From IMG/VR virus record IMGVR_UViG_3300013426_000014, positions 32,001 to 96,000 of that record: a DNA stretch of 64,000 bases; one strand, written 5' to 3'. Source of the stretch: a virus (Duplodnaviria; Caudoviricetes). A program made the position numbers and the translations under genes. Positions 26,793 through 37,522 of this stretch are shown here, piece by piece. The first letter of the stretch is position 1. Each line of letters opens with the position of its first letter. A model generated the notes under the pieces. It searched no databases. It worked only from the letters and a program-made list of their open reading frames with translations, and had not been told where the DNA came from.

Positions 26793-27258
26793 ATTTTCCG
26801 TATGACTGTATCAGTTCTTCGACCTTGACCCGGCTGTTGATTCCATAAATGATATCATCAATAGATTTCAGCGTCTCTTGCATATACTTCGCGAGCGCGT
26901 TCAGCATCTCGATCCCGTATGTGTAATCCGACAAATCCGATGATATCTGAGCATTAATCGCTGAATCGGTGCCATACCGTATTTGAGACTGCGTCTTATA
27001 CCAATTATACCGCTCGGCGTAATCGCGCTTGTACTTCTTGGAATGTTCTGAAATCTTGTTGACAAGTGTGTAATAATACTCAAGACATTCCTGCCGAACG
27101 GGATATACGGTCGTCTGCAGCTCGACAAGATCAGGAAGTTTCTTTAACAATCCCGACATGTAATCCACCTTCGCCTTCCATTTCTCATAATGTGACGTCA
27201 CATATTCCTCGAGTGATGCTGACCGTTCCTCCGTTATCTGCTGACCGGCGTTTTCCAT
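26791..27258 (-). CDS. uvsY: UvsY-like recombination mediator
   Basis: 155-aa helical protein directly downstream of UvsX, with Y.WY...D...L..ID...Y.I pattern. Confidence 0.6.
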   Translation of the reverse strand: MENAGQQITEERSASLEEYVTSHYEKWKAKVDYMSGLLKKLPDLVELQTTVYPVRQECLEYYYTLVNKISEHSKKYKRDYAERYNWYKTQSQIRYGTDSAINAQISSDLSDYTYGIEMLNALAKYMQETLKSIDDIIYGINSRVKVEELIQSYGK

Positions 27259-28508
27259 TATTCGTTATTGCCGTTTATGTCGCCGCCGTCATCAGTGAAG
27301 AACTCATCGAGATCGTCATGCGACTGGCCGGAAGGAAGCTGAAACGTCGGCTTGATTATTTCGTCGTCCAACTTGTGGAGCAGCTCGTCGGTGAACACCT
27401 TGTCTGTGAACAATTCAGTGATCGGAAGCGTCTGCCCCAGACGGGCGACGACAATTTTTCGGTTCTTATACTGCGCCGCGACCTTCGGTCTGGCGTACAT
27501 TGTCTGTCCATTATAATCAAATGTCTTCACTACCGATTTCTCCACATCAGAAAGCTTCTCGTAATCCTTCTCTGTCAGCAGCTCCCCCTCCATCACGCCG
27601 GAATTCTCCCACGTGAGATACTGTTCGAGCCCGACATACGGATTCGGCGCCTTGAAGAACGGTATCTGAAACTTTACCTTGACCGGACGGGTGAATCTCG
27701 ACTTGAACGGTGACGCGGTGACAAGCACACCGGTCCTTGTGTAGTCAGTCTTTCCCTTATTCTGCTCTACTATCTTCTCGCCGATCTTGTCGTCACGGAG
27801 CTGCGCCTTTGTCAGGATCATCGTTATCGACGGGTTGTACTTAAGCCCCTGTCCGCCGGAAACCTCGACACCGCCCATGAAATCAATCTTCGCGTAAACA
27901 TGATTGACGATAAGAAACGGAATCGCGAGCTTTGACATTTTTAACCCATTGACACGGAACAAAGCCTTGAGCTGCTGCTGTTTCGTCATATCCCGGACTT
28001 GATTACCCTCGGTCGAGTCGTTTTTCTCCTTGTCGGACGTCAAGTTGCCGACTGAATCAAGGATGACAAACACCTTGTCCTTTGATTTCGCCGCCGCCAT
28101 CTTGTCACACAGATTGGCAAGAAACGTGTTAACCTCTGATATGACGTTGACCGGAACGGCGATAAGTTTTGACGTGTCGACACCAATCCTGCCGGCAAAT
28201 TCCTTGTCCCACGCGCCTTCTGAATCAAGCACGATGACGGTATATCCTTTTTTCTGCGCCTCCCGCGCCATCGACGCGGCGAGATAAGACTTACCCGCGC
28301 CGGACTCGCCGGCGAGCATCATGGATCTCCTGTTGGGCAAACCACCAAACAATGATCCAGATACAGCGGCGTTGAGTATATACGATCCCGTACCGATATA
28401 ATCGTCACTGTTCGCTCACACAGCGGTCTCTATGATATCCGCGTCCGAATTAAGCGACTTGACAAGATCAAAAATCGATCCTCCCGCCACCTCTGTTTTC
28501 TTCGCCAT
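27258..28508 (-). CDS. uvsX: UvsX/RecA-like recombinase (416 aa, TGA at codon 31)
   Basis: TGSYILNA.VSGSLFGG, AGESGAGKS, LDSEGA, LDSVGNL, DMTK, NHVY, SGG.GL.Y, KSRF. Confidence 0.92.
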
Positions 28509-28592
28509 ATAAATCTAAATTCTTTTAACCATACATAATATAACAATGTCGGACGACTTATTTTTGACAGTCCGGCATAAAATATCACAGAA

Positions 28593-29096
28593 TTATCCCG
28601 CATTGAAACTCAGTTCCGGAATCAACGGAAAACCGGCGTACACGTCATAATCTTTCAGTCCGTCGACAGAATCAATCGACATAATCTCGCCACGCTTCCG
28701 CAAAAACACAAGGTCACACGCGTTCATATGAAGTCTCGCCTGTTTTATAAACTTACGGAGCAGATCGACAGTGACAGGGAACGGATACCCATCAATCACG
28801 GCGTCGCCGCCCGTATCATCCAAATCATCCGCCATGTCCCTGTAATCACGGATTGTTGCCTTTGTGACATGAATCTCGTTGCCATCAATCACTACATGTT
28901 CTGAACATGTCTTGTAATATGACGTCAGGTCATCAACCCGTTCCGATTTCCAGTCATCAACGGTCTTCACATAATCGACCCATCCGTTCTCATAAAATAT
29001 CTCGGGCGTCGGATTAAACACCCATGTTGACTCACCGATCCTGAGTGATTTGCCGTCAGACGTCTCACCGTCCTTAACATATTTAGGAAATTCCAT
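28593..29096 (-). CDS. Hypothetical protein (tail-fibre assembly / DUF4376-like)
   Basis: NPT......NGW N-terminus and I..L.....L..YD...G.P C-terminus. Confidence 0.45.
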   Translation of the reverse strand: MEFPKYVKDGETSDGKSLRIGESTWVFNPTPEIFYENGWVDYVKTVDDWKSERVDDLTSYYKTCSEHVVIDGNEIHVTKATIRDYRDMADDLDDTGGDAVIDGYPFPVTVDLLRKFIKQARLHMNACDLVFLRKRGEIMSIDSVDGLKDYDVYAGFPLIPELSFNAG

Positions 29097-29791
29097 TATT
29101 GTCTGATTATATGTTCCATTGTCAATGATGACACGCTATCCGCTGTCTGGACGACCACAAGAAGCGGTGACATGTCGATGCTGTGCAGATATGCGGTTTT
29201 CGAATCATTCATGGACGAGCCGTCCCACGTGCCCATATGCCACCGTATCGCGAGCATCTCCTCCGCGTTCAGGTCGAGCCCGAATTTCTGGAGCATAATG
29301 ACAGATTTCTCTCCGTGCCCTATAGGAAACCTGTCATCGATCTCATACCCCTTGTAAGACTCCCACCGTCCAGACGAATCTTTTCTCCACTTATCCGCCG
29401 ACTTGTAAAAGCTGCATTTGCAAGTGTCGTGAAGAAGCGTCGTGAGAATCAGGCTGTCTGCCGCGACGCGTGAGCCGATATCCGGATTCATGACCTTCAT
29501 CATTTCAAGCAATCTGTATCCGGTAGACAGGACGAGCAGCGAATGATCGACAAGTCCGCCGTCATAATTAGAATGGTATTTCATACTCGACGGCGCGGTG
29601 AAATAATCCGACGTATCAAGAAATGAAATCACATTGTCAACACCATTCCTGCCCGTGCCGGCAAGCAGCGTCCGCACAGTGTTTCTTTTCTCGTCAGGCG
29701 ACGCGGCGATGACGTTCTTTTTCGTCATGGCCGTTATCAGTTCACGCTCCGTATCCGTAAACTCATACCGCAATATAGAAGAATCTGACAT
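29096..29791 (-). CDS. HD-domain phosphohydrolase
   Basis: FTAPSS..YH...GGL..HSL, LLHD..K, GHGEKS, AIRWHMG, AD. Confidence 0.88.
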   Translation of the reverse strand: MSDSSILRYEFTDTERELITAMTKKNVIAASPDEKRNTVRTLLAGTGRNGVDNVISFLDTSDYFTAPSSMKYHSNYDGGLVDHSLLVLSTGYRLLEMMKVMNPDIGSRVAADSLILTTLLHDTCKCSFYKSADKWRKDSSGRWESYKGYEIDDRFPIGHGEKSVIMLQKFGLDLNAEEMLAIRWHMGTWDGSSMNDSKTAYLHSIDMSPLLVVVQTADSVSSLTMEHIIRQ

Positions 29792-29803
29792 ACAACCTAT
29801 TTT

Positions 29804-30334
29804 TTAATCGTCAAACAAACTATTGGCGTGTAATGTACTGTGCTCCATCGGACGATCAACAATGTCATCCACATCATCATCTGATACAGGATCAAGTACA
29901 ATCTCGACCTCATTGGACATGACAGACCAGTCAATATTATTCGGGCATATCTTCACGAACACGACGTTCAAGCCGTCAGCCTTGTACAGATAATCTGACA
30001 TCGCCGAATCATTCAGATATACCGAATATTCGTCATCCGTCACCGTGCGTAACAGACACCGCATTCCGTCAAAATCAATCTGGTAATACTGCTCTGTCCT
30101 GCCTTTCTTAATATCGGACAGCAACATTCCGCCTACTGATTTGTTCCATTCCACCATATACGTGCCGCCACATCCCTGTGACAGCATGAGATTGATCCTG
30201 CCTGCCTTATCCCGCCTTATCAGGACGGATCCGACCGCGATATTGACGCCGGGATCAAACTCATATCTCTTCAACGATCCGCCGGACACGGCGTCACCCA
30301 CACGGCGGATCAAAGACTTATCTAAAAACTCCAT
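29804..30334 (-). CDS. Hypothetical protein
   Basis: 176-aa ORF within the replication operon. Confidence 0.65.
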   Translation of the reverse strand: MEFLDKSLIRRVGDAVSGGSLKRYEFDPGVNIAVGSVLIRRDKAGRINLMLSQGCGGTYMVEWNKSVGGMLLSDIKKGRTEQYYQIDFDGMRCLLRTVTDDEYSVYLNDSAMSDYLYKADGLNVVFVKICPNNIDWSVMSNEVEIVLDPVSDDDVDDIVDRPMEHSTLHANSLFDD

Positions 30335-30344
30335 AACATAAATA

Positions 30345-30782
30345 TTATGATTCTAATGCCGACATCATTTTGTCGTATTCGATTATTTCGGTGGCGGTGT
30401 CATCAGGGAAAAACCTGAGTGACTGCTCGATATCTTTCACCGAAATATTCCGGCCAACTGCGAACCTGCGTATCTGCGCCGCCGTTACCTTACGTCTCGC
30501 GTCGGTTTTCGCCTGAGACTTCTTAACGCCTTTCAAGTAAACCCAATTTGGAGTCCTGCCGCCGGACGCGGTCGAAAGATAATCCGACCAGAACCTGACG
30601 CCATCAACCGGATTGACTTTTGTGTTATTCAAAACCTGCGCCTGGAGCGGATATCTCGCGGCGACGCGCCTGTTGATCATGAACCAGTTGGACTTCACTG
30701 CCTGAACGGGAAGTGACCATATATAGGCGTGATCATTGAATAACGCGCCTATTATATTAAACAGTATATTATCAGACGCCAT
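30345..30782 (-). CDS. Probable clamp loader small subunit (T4 gp62-like)
   Basis: FMINR motif and size, next to gp44 and RNase H. Confidence 0.5.
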   Translation of the reverse strand: MASDNILFNIIGALFNDHAYIWSLPVQAVKSNWFMINRRVAARYPLQAQVLNNTKVNPVDGVRFWSDYLSTASGGRTPNWVYLKGVKKSQAKTDARRKVTAAQIRRFAVGRNISVKDIEQSLRFFPDDTATEIIEYDKMMSALES

Positions 30783-30784
30783 GA

Positions 30785-32026
30785 CTAGAACAACCTGTTA
30801 ATCGGTGTAATATACTTATCAAGATCCTTGATGTCGTCAAAAATCTCATTCCGTTTCGCCTTGCCGTAATTCTTGTCGATGAACCGCGTGCCTTCCAGAA
30901 GCGTCTCCATCCGGAGCGTCTTGCCGAACACATAACCGTCCTGCGCCGCGTGGCCCACTGCGTAATCATAATCATCGACGACCTTCTCCGGAAACAACGT
31001 CGGATCAAGCACGACCAGCCGTCGCTGCCTGTCAGTCCGCGCGGTAAAATCGATGTCATCCGCGTCAGTCTTAAGAACGGACGACAAAGCGTCATGGAAC
31101 GGCTTGAGCGGGGCGAGCCGGATGAAATCGTCAGAATCATTGATGCCACACGCTTCGTTAATTTTATCCATCCTTTTCTCTGTGATCCTGGTCAGTTTCC
31201 CGTTCTTATAAAACTCGTAAAACGACGGGATGTTATCCGACATATCGCCGCACGCCATCTTGACAAGGATGACGCGGTCGGGGTCAATCCGGTCGATCTC
31301 AACCTTGTCACTCACCGCGAAAACACGCGTACGAGATTTCAGGTCGGCGCCACGGACACCGCACGTCGGATCAAACAGGCTTTCCCACGATATACCGGAC
31401 ACTGGAACCGGTTTCGGCTCATCCGGAGCGGAAAGCCAATCGGCAAACCCGTCCGTCACGGAAAACCGCTTGCTCTTCCGTCTGCCGGATGATATCGGGT
31501 CAAGCACACAGCAATATGATCCAGTCGCGCCGTCAAAATCAGCGAGCTGCGTCCAATCCTTATCAGATGACACGAACACCACGCTTTCATGCCGATCCGT
31601 ATACAGGTCACGCTTTATCAACGCCGCGACGTCATCCGCCTCGGCGTCAGGAATCTCATACACGATGACATTCTGTGATCTCAACACTTTTTTATACTCA
31701 TCAAACGCGTTGAAAATCGACTTCCAATCCTTGGTATCGTCTTTTTTCCTGTTCTCTTTGTACCCGACCTTCTCATCGGCAAGCAGAGCCTTCCTCCATG
31801 GATGTTTCGCGTCACAGCAAACAATCACTTTATCGGGGCGGATAAAGTTGATCATATACACCATATCGATCGCGAGCTTCCTTATGAGCACCGCCGTCTC
31901 TGCCTGTGTCGAGAAATCCTTAATCATCACGTCACCCGCGCCTTTCGTGAATGAACAGGTAAACAGCGCCCGCATCGCCATGTTGTTAAAGTCGAACACA
32001 AGCGACAGCATATTCTTACTATTCAT
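30785..32026 (-). CDS. rnh: T4 RNase H-like 5'-3' exonuclease
   Basis: D.NN, D...WRK....YKENR, EADD, SSDKD..QL, GD.SDNIP. Confidence 0.88.
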   Translation of the reverse strand: MNSKNMLSLVFDFNNMAMRALFTCSFTKGAGDVMIKDFSTQAETAVLIRKLAIDMVYMINFIRPDKVIVCCDAKHPWRKALLADEKVGYKENRKKDDTKDWKSIFNAFDEYKKVLRSQNVIVYEIPDAEADDVAALIKRDLYTDRHESVVFVSSDKDWTQLADFDGATGSYCCVLDPISSGRRKSKRFSVTDGFADWLSAPDEPKPVPVSGISWESLFDPTCGVRGADLKSRTRVFAVSDKVEIDRIDPDRVILVKMACGDMSDNIPSFYEFYKNGKLTRITEKRMDKINEACGINDSDDFIRLAPLKPFHDALSSVLKTDADDIDFTARTDRQRRLVVLDPTLFPEKVVDDYDYAVGHAAQDGYVFGKTLRMETLLEGTRFIDKNYGKAKRNEIFDDIKDLDKYITPINRLF

Positions 32027-32027
32027 G

Positions 32028-32981
32028 TTACGACAATATTATGGTTTGCAGTTTATAGACAAGGCTGAGCAGGGTGATCACCTTGTCGGGGACGTTCACT
32101 ATATCCCGCGCGTGTTCCGCGATCGTAATGACACAGTATGGTATCTTCTGTATCTTGTCCGGATGATTTAGCCTGAGAAACTCGATGAAATCTTTTGAGA
32201 AAGCAGACACCGCGTCCTCTGGATAACTCGCGTATTCAGACATGACAAGCTTGTAGTTCTCGACAGGATCAACACAGGTAAAAATCTTTTCGAACAGATC
32301 AGAGCATTCGAACGTCTTCACCAATGAATCCTTGTTCATCTCCTTCGCGCCCTGCAGATACAGTGTCTGGATCCCGTTCAGCATCGACCGCATGTCAGGG
32401 AAACTATTCCTGACGAACGCGGTGACGGTCTCGTCGTCCGCCGCGATATGAACGCCGTCAAGGATCTGCCTGATATATTTGACATACATGCCAAATACAT
32501 AATCCTCTTCCTCCTTGTTGATCGGGTAAAATGGTATGCAGTTAAACCTCGATCTGATCGGATCCGGTATCTTATCGATTCTGTTGCATGTCAGTACAAA
32601 CCTGACAGAATCGGCGTACCGTTCAATCGTGTTTCTGAGCGCATCCCACCCGTCAGCGGTGATTCCGTCAGCCTCGTCGATATAGACCGCCTTCAGTTTC
32701 TCGGAGCCGGCGTCGAGTGATACATGCGAACAGAACGAAACGACCTTGTCCCTCATGATGTCGATGCCGCGCTCGGCTGAACCGTTCAACTGCAGCGTAT
32801 CATAATCAGAGATCAGGATCCTCGCGGTCGACGATTTGCCGCATCCAGGTGATCCATACAGCAGAATATTCTGCACAAGCCCACGTGACAGCTCATTCTT
32901 GATACGCGGCGGGGCGATGACGCCGTCCAGCTTTTTCGGGCGGAAAAGTTCCGTGAATAATTTTTGCGTTACACTTTCCAT
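32028..32981 (-). CDS. gp44: Clamp loader ATPase subunit (T4 gp44 / RFC-like)
   Basis: E.FRP..L, GSPGCGKS, NGSAERGID, IDEAD, LRNTIE, SRF, FPDMR. Confidence 0.92.
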   Translation of the reverse strand: MESVTQKLFTELFRPKKLDGVIAPPRIKNELSRGLVQNILLYGSPGCGKSSTARILISDYDTLQLNGSAERGIDIMRDKVVSFCSHVSLDAGSEKLKAVYIDEADGITADGWDALRNTIERYADSVRFVLTCNRIDKIPDPIRSRFNCIPFYPINKEEEDYVFGMYVKYIRQILDGVHIAADDETVTAFVRNSFPDMRSMLNGIQTLYLQGAKEMNKDSLVKTFECSDLFEKIFTCVDPVENYKLVMSEYASYPEDAVSAFSKDFIEFLRLNHPDKIQKIPYCVITIAEHARDIVNVPDKVITLLSLVYKLQTIILS

Positions 32982-32998
32982 ATAATGGCTTCGTTAAT

Positions 32999-33742
32999 TT
33001 ATCATTTATTATATGTCAGGAACGGCTGATTCATTTCGACATTCAGAATATCTATATACCGCGTGACGGTTTTCATCATCGCGTCGCACGCCTTTATATA
33101 CGCGATAAGATGTTCGAACTTGATATCGGATTTCTTGTACATGACATCATCCATCTTGCCATGATCATGCACCCATCGCAAATTTCCGGAGCTGTTTTTA
33201 TTATAAGTATGAGTCAGAATGTCTTTCATATCAATCCTTACCTGCACCGCGTCATGGAAAAATTCGACAATCACGGTGAGACGAACGCAAAAGTGGACAT
33301 ATATACTCTTATACAACATATATTTGTATTTCAAATCAATGTCACCGGTTCTTTTACATTTCCTGTTATTAACCTGTGCCATTTCGCCGCCGCTGTCAAA
33401 CATATGGTTAATGTATTCCGTCGTTATGTCAGCCGCCCGTTCCATGTCGTATTGCCCGGAAGGCTTGATATTGTAAATAAGCCTGACAGTATTGCTCGAC
33501 GACAGCGGGAAAATACGCGCGAGCGCCGCGGCCGACGATTTGACCGTATTTTGCCGGTCCCGCGATCCAGATGAATGGTCAAGAATCCAGTCAACCGGAC
33601 GGACCGCCGCTGCGACGCGGAGCGAGTCGATATTCGCGACCTTCGACACAAAACGAACCGAATTCTGACCGGCGGACGAGAGACACGCGCAGGCCGCAAT
33701 AACGAACGCCACCGATTTAAGTATTATACTGAGATTTTTCAT
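32999..33742 (-). CDS. Hypothetical exported protein
   Basis: Signal-peptide-like N-terminus. Ends TGA-TAA. Confidence 0.6.
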
Positions 33743-33825
33743 AACGCGAATATATGACATATTTTCAAAATAAAAAACGGGCGGATAAAAAATATCCGTC
33801 CGCACTCAATCTTTTCCAGGTGTCA

Positions 33826-35778
33826 TTACTTCCTGTTGTATTTCCGCATACCCAATATCTGGTTGACCGCGGCAAACGAGCCAGTCAACTTTATTGTCCT
33901 GCCATGGTATTTCAACACAATGCCCTCCGTCGCATTCACGACGCCGCCGGCGTCACGGAGCCGACGAAGCTGGTCGTTCAGCAGTGCGATCTTATCAGAC
34001 AACCCCTCCGCCTTGATCGACTCGACAGTCTTTTCTATCTGATCCTTGAGTTTCCGTGACACATCCGCGCTGCTCTTATCGTTGACGAAACCAGAACAGC
34101 GGCGGATCACCTCGTCGCCAAACCTGATGAAAAACCGGTCGAGCGGGTCGACCACCTTTTTCACGGCGTCGGCCGCGGAGTTCTTGTCGAAGTCAGTAAT
34201 CGATTCAAACCTTCGCTTCATCTCAGCCTTGTCAACCGGATCCATACCGGAATCGGCGGCGGATTTCATCACCTCCACAGCGACCCGCTTTATGTCACGC
34301 ATATTCGTCTTTTTTGACTTGTCTATCCACCGGTCAAGCAACATGTCGCGCAAATCAGGATAATTATAGATAAACTTTATCTTCGACCTGGCGGTGATCC
34401 GCGTAAATCTCGCCTTCTTCCAGTCGCCGACGGTTGTCTCGTCCGGATCGGTATAACCGATCCCGTCCGCCGCGACCTTATTGAGCTCCGATATGAACCT
34501 GTGCGTCACGTTCCCGTTGTCGTTCAGCTGTTTCATGACGATCTTGTTCGTGCCGGACGCGGAGTCAACCTTCTCCGCGGCGGTGTTAACGATCTCCATC
34601 GTCTTATCATCCGCCGTCGGCTCAATCTCCTCGAATGTATCCGATTTCAGATGTCTCGTCATGTAGATGCGACAGTCATGAAAATACACGTGCACGCCAT
34701 CATACGGGATGACGTTGCGGTTGACCGGATTGATCACCTCGCAGTTGATCCACACGCGGTAATCAGAATCGCCCCCGCCGCGGTTGAAGAACACGGTCCT
34801 GTCCTTTATCTTGCGGAACACCATGTCGATTATCTTGCCGCCGGTAACAAACGCCTCCGCGACCTCCGGCTTGTCCGACCACTTCGCCGCCATGTCGTCG
34901 ATCGACATGCCGGATCCCCTTATGTCGGTGAGATTGCGGGCAAACACGGTCTTTCCTTTCTTATCGACGGACGCGAATATGTTCTGTCCATCAAGCTTCT
35001 CTGTTATGTCCTCGACATCGGCGCTGAACACATCACGCACGAGCCGTTTCAAATCGCCGAACGTGAAGTCGTTAATCTCATATGGATGCGGCAGATGCCC
35101 GGCCATCCCGCCCTCATTCAGCGCCGGCGCCGGCAAGACGGTGATGGATTCGGTCAGTGCGCTGTCATACAGGCCGGAATCTCGGAGAGGAAGAACCTCG
35201 CTCCTGATCGCCTTATAATATTCCTTGATATCAGCTGGCTTCACCACCCCTGCCGACAACATCCTCCTATACGCCGTCAGGAACGCGGCGAAGTCATCAG
35301 ACCTGACATCGTTCCTGACGACAGTCGACGATACCGGCCTGTTCTGATATCCGTCTGCCCGCGCGCCGTATGTCACAGGCGAATAATCGACTGGAACATC
35401 GACGGTCTCGACCCCGTCGACGGGATGCGTCTTAAAATACCTGATGAAGTCGTCGACCCGTTTCTTATCGTCACCCTTGCCGGATGATGCCATCGCGAAA
35501 CGGCCACGACCGCCCTCGACCGCCCTGTATACGGCGCGGACCGGGGACGCGTCCGGCGACAGCCAGACGCGGACACGCGGCTCATCTGCGAACACCTTGT
35601 CCATAAACGTCTTGGATGTATCTGCCTTTATTCCCTCCCTATCTGCTGACGAAAGCATTACCGTCACATCGACGTCATACCCATCAAGATTGAGATACTT
35701 CTTTATCTGTTCCCAATGTCCATCATGGAATGGCTTAAATGCGCCGGGATATATGACATGTAGTTTGCGGTTCATCAT
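33826..35778 (-). CDS. Fusion of HIGH-family nucleotidyltransferase and RNA-ligase-like domain
   Basis: PGAFKPFHDGH and VSSTVVR; then EGG.AGH..HP, TEKLDGQN, EGIVLK, KLTGSFA. Confidence 0.7.
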   Translation of the reverse strand: MMNRKLHVIYPGAFKPFHDGHWEQIKKYLNLDGYDVDVTVMLSSADREGIKADTSKTFMDKVFADEPRVRVWLSPDASPVRAVYRAVEGGRGRFAMASSGKGDDKKRVDDFIRYFKTHPVDGVETVDVPVDYSPVTYGARADGYQNRPVSSTVVRNDVRSDDFAAFLTAYRRMLSAGVVKPADIKEYYKAIRSEVLPLRDSGLYDSALTESITVLPAPALNEGGMAGHLPHPYEINDFTFGDLKRLVRDVFSADVEDITEKLDGQNIFASVDKKGKTVFARNLTDIRGSGMSIDDMAAKWSDKPEVAEAFVTGGKIIDMVFRKIKDRTVFFNRGGGDSDYRVWINCEVINPVNRNVIPYDGVHVYFHDCRIYMTRHLKSDTFEEIEPTADDKTMEIVNTAAEKVDSASGTNKIVMKQLNDNGNVTHRFISELNKVAADGIGYTDPDETTVGDWKKARFTRITARSKIKFIYNYPDLRDMLLDRWIDKSKKTNMRDIKRVAVEVMKSAADSGMDPVDKAEMKRRFESITDFDKNSAADAVKKVVDPLDRFFIRFGDEVIRRCSGFVNDKSSADVSRKLKDQIEKTVESIKAEGLSDKIALLNDQLRRLRDAGGVVNATEGIVLKYHGRTIKLTGSFAAVNQILGMRKYNRK

Positions 35779-35890
35779 GAAGAATTATATTACCTGATAT
35801 TTATCACACATTATATACCATACAATGTCCTGTCATTTTCTTTTGTAATGATTCTCAAATAAATAGCATGGACAGAATCATTTTTTAACC

Positions 35891-36550
35891 ATGAGCAACA
35901 CTATAAAATCAGACAAGATCGCGCTCGAGCAGCTGCTTAACTCGATATCGCCGGCGACACCGGGGGAGCAGAGCAATGGCGTGTCCGGCGCGGTAGATAA
36001 TAGCGGAGGCGCGCCGGTGGAGCCGGAACAGATCATCATATTCGACCGCGCCGGCGAGCAGAAGTCAGCGCGGAAACGAGCGAGAAATACAGTCAAGCTG
36101 ATGGCGCAACACGCCCTGCCGAAACCGTTGCTTGAAGAGGAATACGTGCAAAACAAAATGGAACAGGATGCGGCGACGCTGGCAGACCTGTACTGACAGG
36201 TCAAATCAAACTCGCTCGTCCAGAACGCGCTCCTCGACGTCATCGCCAGGGGAAATACCGCCCCGCGCAACTTTGAGGTATACACGCAGCTGACAGACAA
36301 GATATCCGCGTTGAGCAAGCAGATTCAGGTGACAGAGACGACGATGAGGAAGACGTATCTCGACCTGAAGCTGGAGATCCGCGACAAACAGGCAGAGGAG
36401 CGGCAAAACCTGGATGGACCAGTAGAGACGCAGCTGCAGGGAGGAAAAAGTCACAATGTCATAACAGGCGGCGGTAAACTCGCGGAGTTACTGATGTACA
36501 AACGAATGAAAACGCTCGAAGCCGCGCAGGACGGGCCGGACGAGCAATAA
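35891..36550 (+). CDS. terS: Probable terminase small subunit (gp16-like; 1 TGA)
   Basis: PRNFEV motif followed by a coiled coil and NVITG..KL..LL. Lies upstream of TerL. Joins ORFs 35891 and 36311. Confidence 0.6.
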
Positions 36551-36568
36551 AGGAACAACAGAGATGAT

Positions 36569-36934
36569 ATGATAAGGGAAATATACACCAGAGCGGCGGA
36601 CGAGACGGGATACAATCCGTCCGCACTCGAACACGACAGCGCGGTCGAAGAGATGGTTCAGAAGATCAAGAACCTGATGTCGACGTCGAACGGCGACGTC
36701 CTCGGCGACTACAGTTTCGGCGCGAACATAGAGGATCTTGTGTTCCGCACGGCAAGGGACGCGGAGGGAATAGAGTCTGACATATCGCGGCAGCTGACAG
36801 AATACGTGCCGACGCCACAAGGATGAACGATCACACCTAAGGTGAGATTCGGTCACCACGACGACGGATATGACTTCGCCGTGATAGACATATATATCAA
36901 CCAGAGGAAGGTGGAGTCGTTCCTCATAAACTAA
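36569..36934 (+). CDS. Baseplate wedge protein gp25-like (1 TGA)
   Basis: KIKNLMST..GDVLGD..FG..IE..VF...I..Q...YVP. Confidence 0.75.
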
Positions 36935-36947
36935 ACCGGGAAAAGAT

Positions 36948-37517
36948 ATGGGAAAATTCGACAAGGACGGCAGTCAGCAGACGACCGGCCGCTCGCCGCG
37001 CGTGTGAAGCACAGAGCAGATAAACCAGATGATGACGGACTATGAAAACGGGTATGACATAGACTACTCGCCGTTCTTCGAGCACGACATCGACCTGAAG
37101 GCAGAGAACATCAGCTTCGACTACACGGACGCGGAGCTGGAAGAAATCGACAGGTGTTATAACGACCCGAAATACTTCATCGAGCGATACTGCAGGTGGA
37201 TGACGGACCACGGCATGCAGACGGTGACGCTGCGACCATACCAGAAGGAGCTCATAGACATAGTGACATCACAGGACTATGACGCGGCGAAAGACCTGCT
37301 TGTCCCGAAGAACCGTAACATCATATGAATGGCCGCGCGGCAAAGTGGAAAGTGTTGTTCTCCAATAAGTTACATATCATATAATGATAGCAATGCCGGT
37401 TTGTCAGAAAGCAAAACAAACAACTTTTATACAATCTGAAATAAATATAAAAAGCAAAAACGCACTTTGTTGTATCACATTAAAAATATGCTTTACTGAT
37501 TATATTCCAAATTATAA
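36948..37517 (+). CDS. terL: Terminase large subunit N-terminal fragment fused to split-intein N half (4 TGA)
   Basis: EI.RC..DPKYFIE.YC, LRPYQ, RNII(W)MAARQSGK, then CCSPISY... (intein Cys1 at 37353). TAA at 37515. Confidence 0.88.
37353..37514 (+). mobile_element. Split intein N fragment (54 aa)
   Basis: Starts with Cys immediately after the Walker A GK, with an abrupt shift to AT-rich sequence. Confidence 0.8.
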
Positions 37518-37522
37518 AGTTA

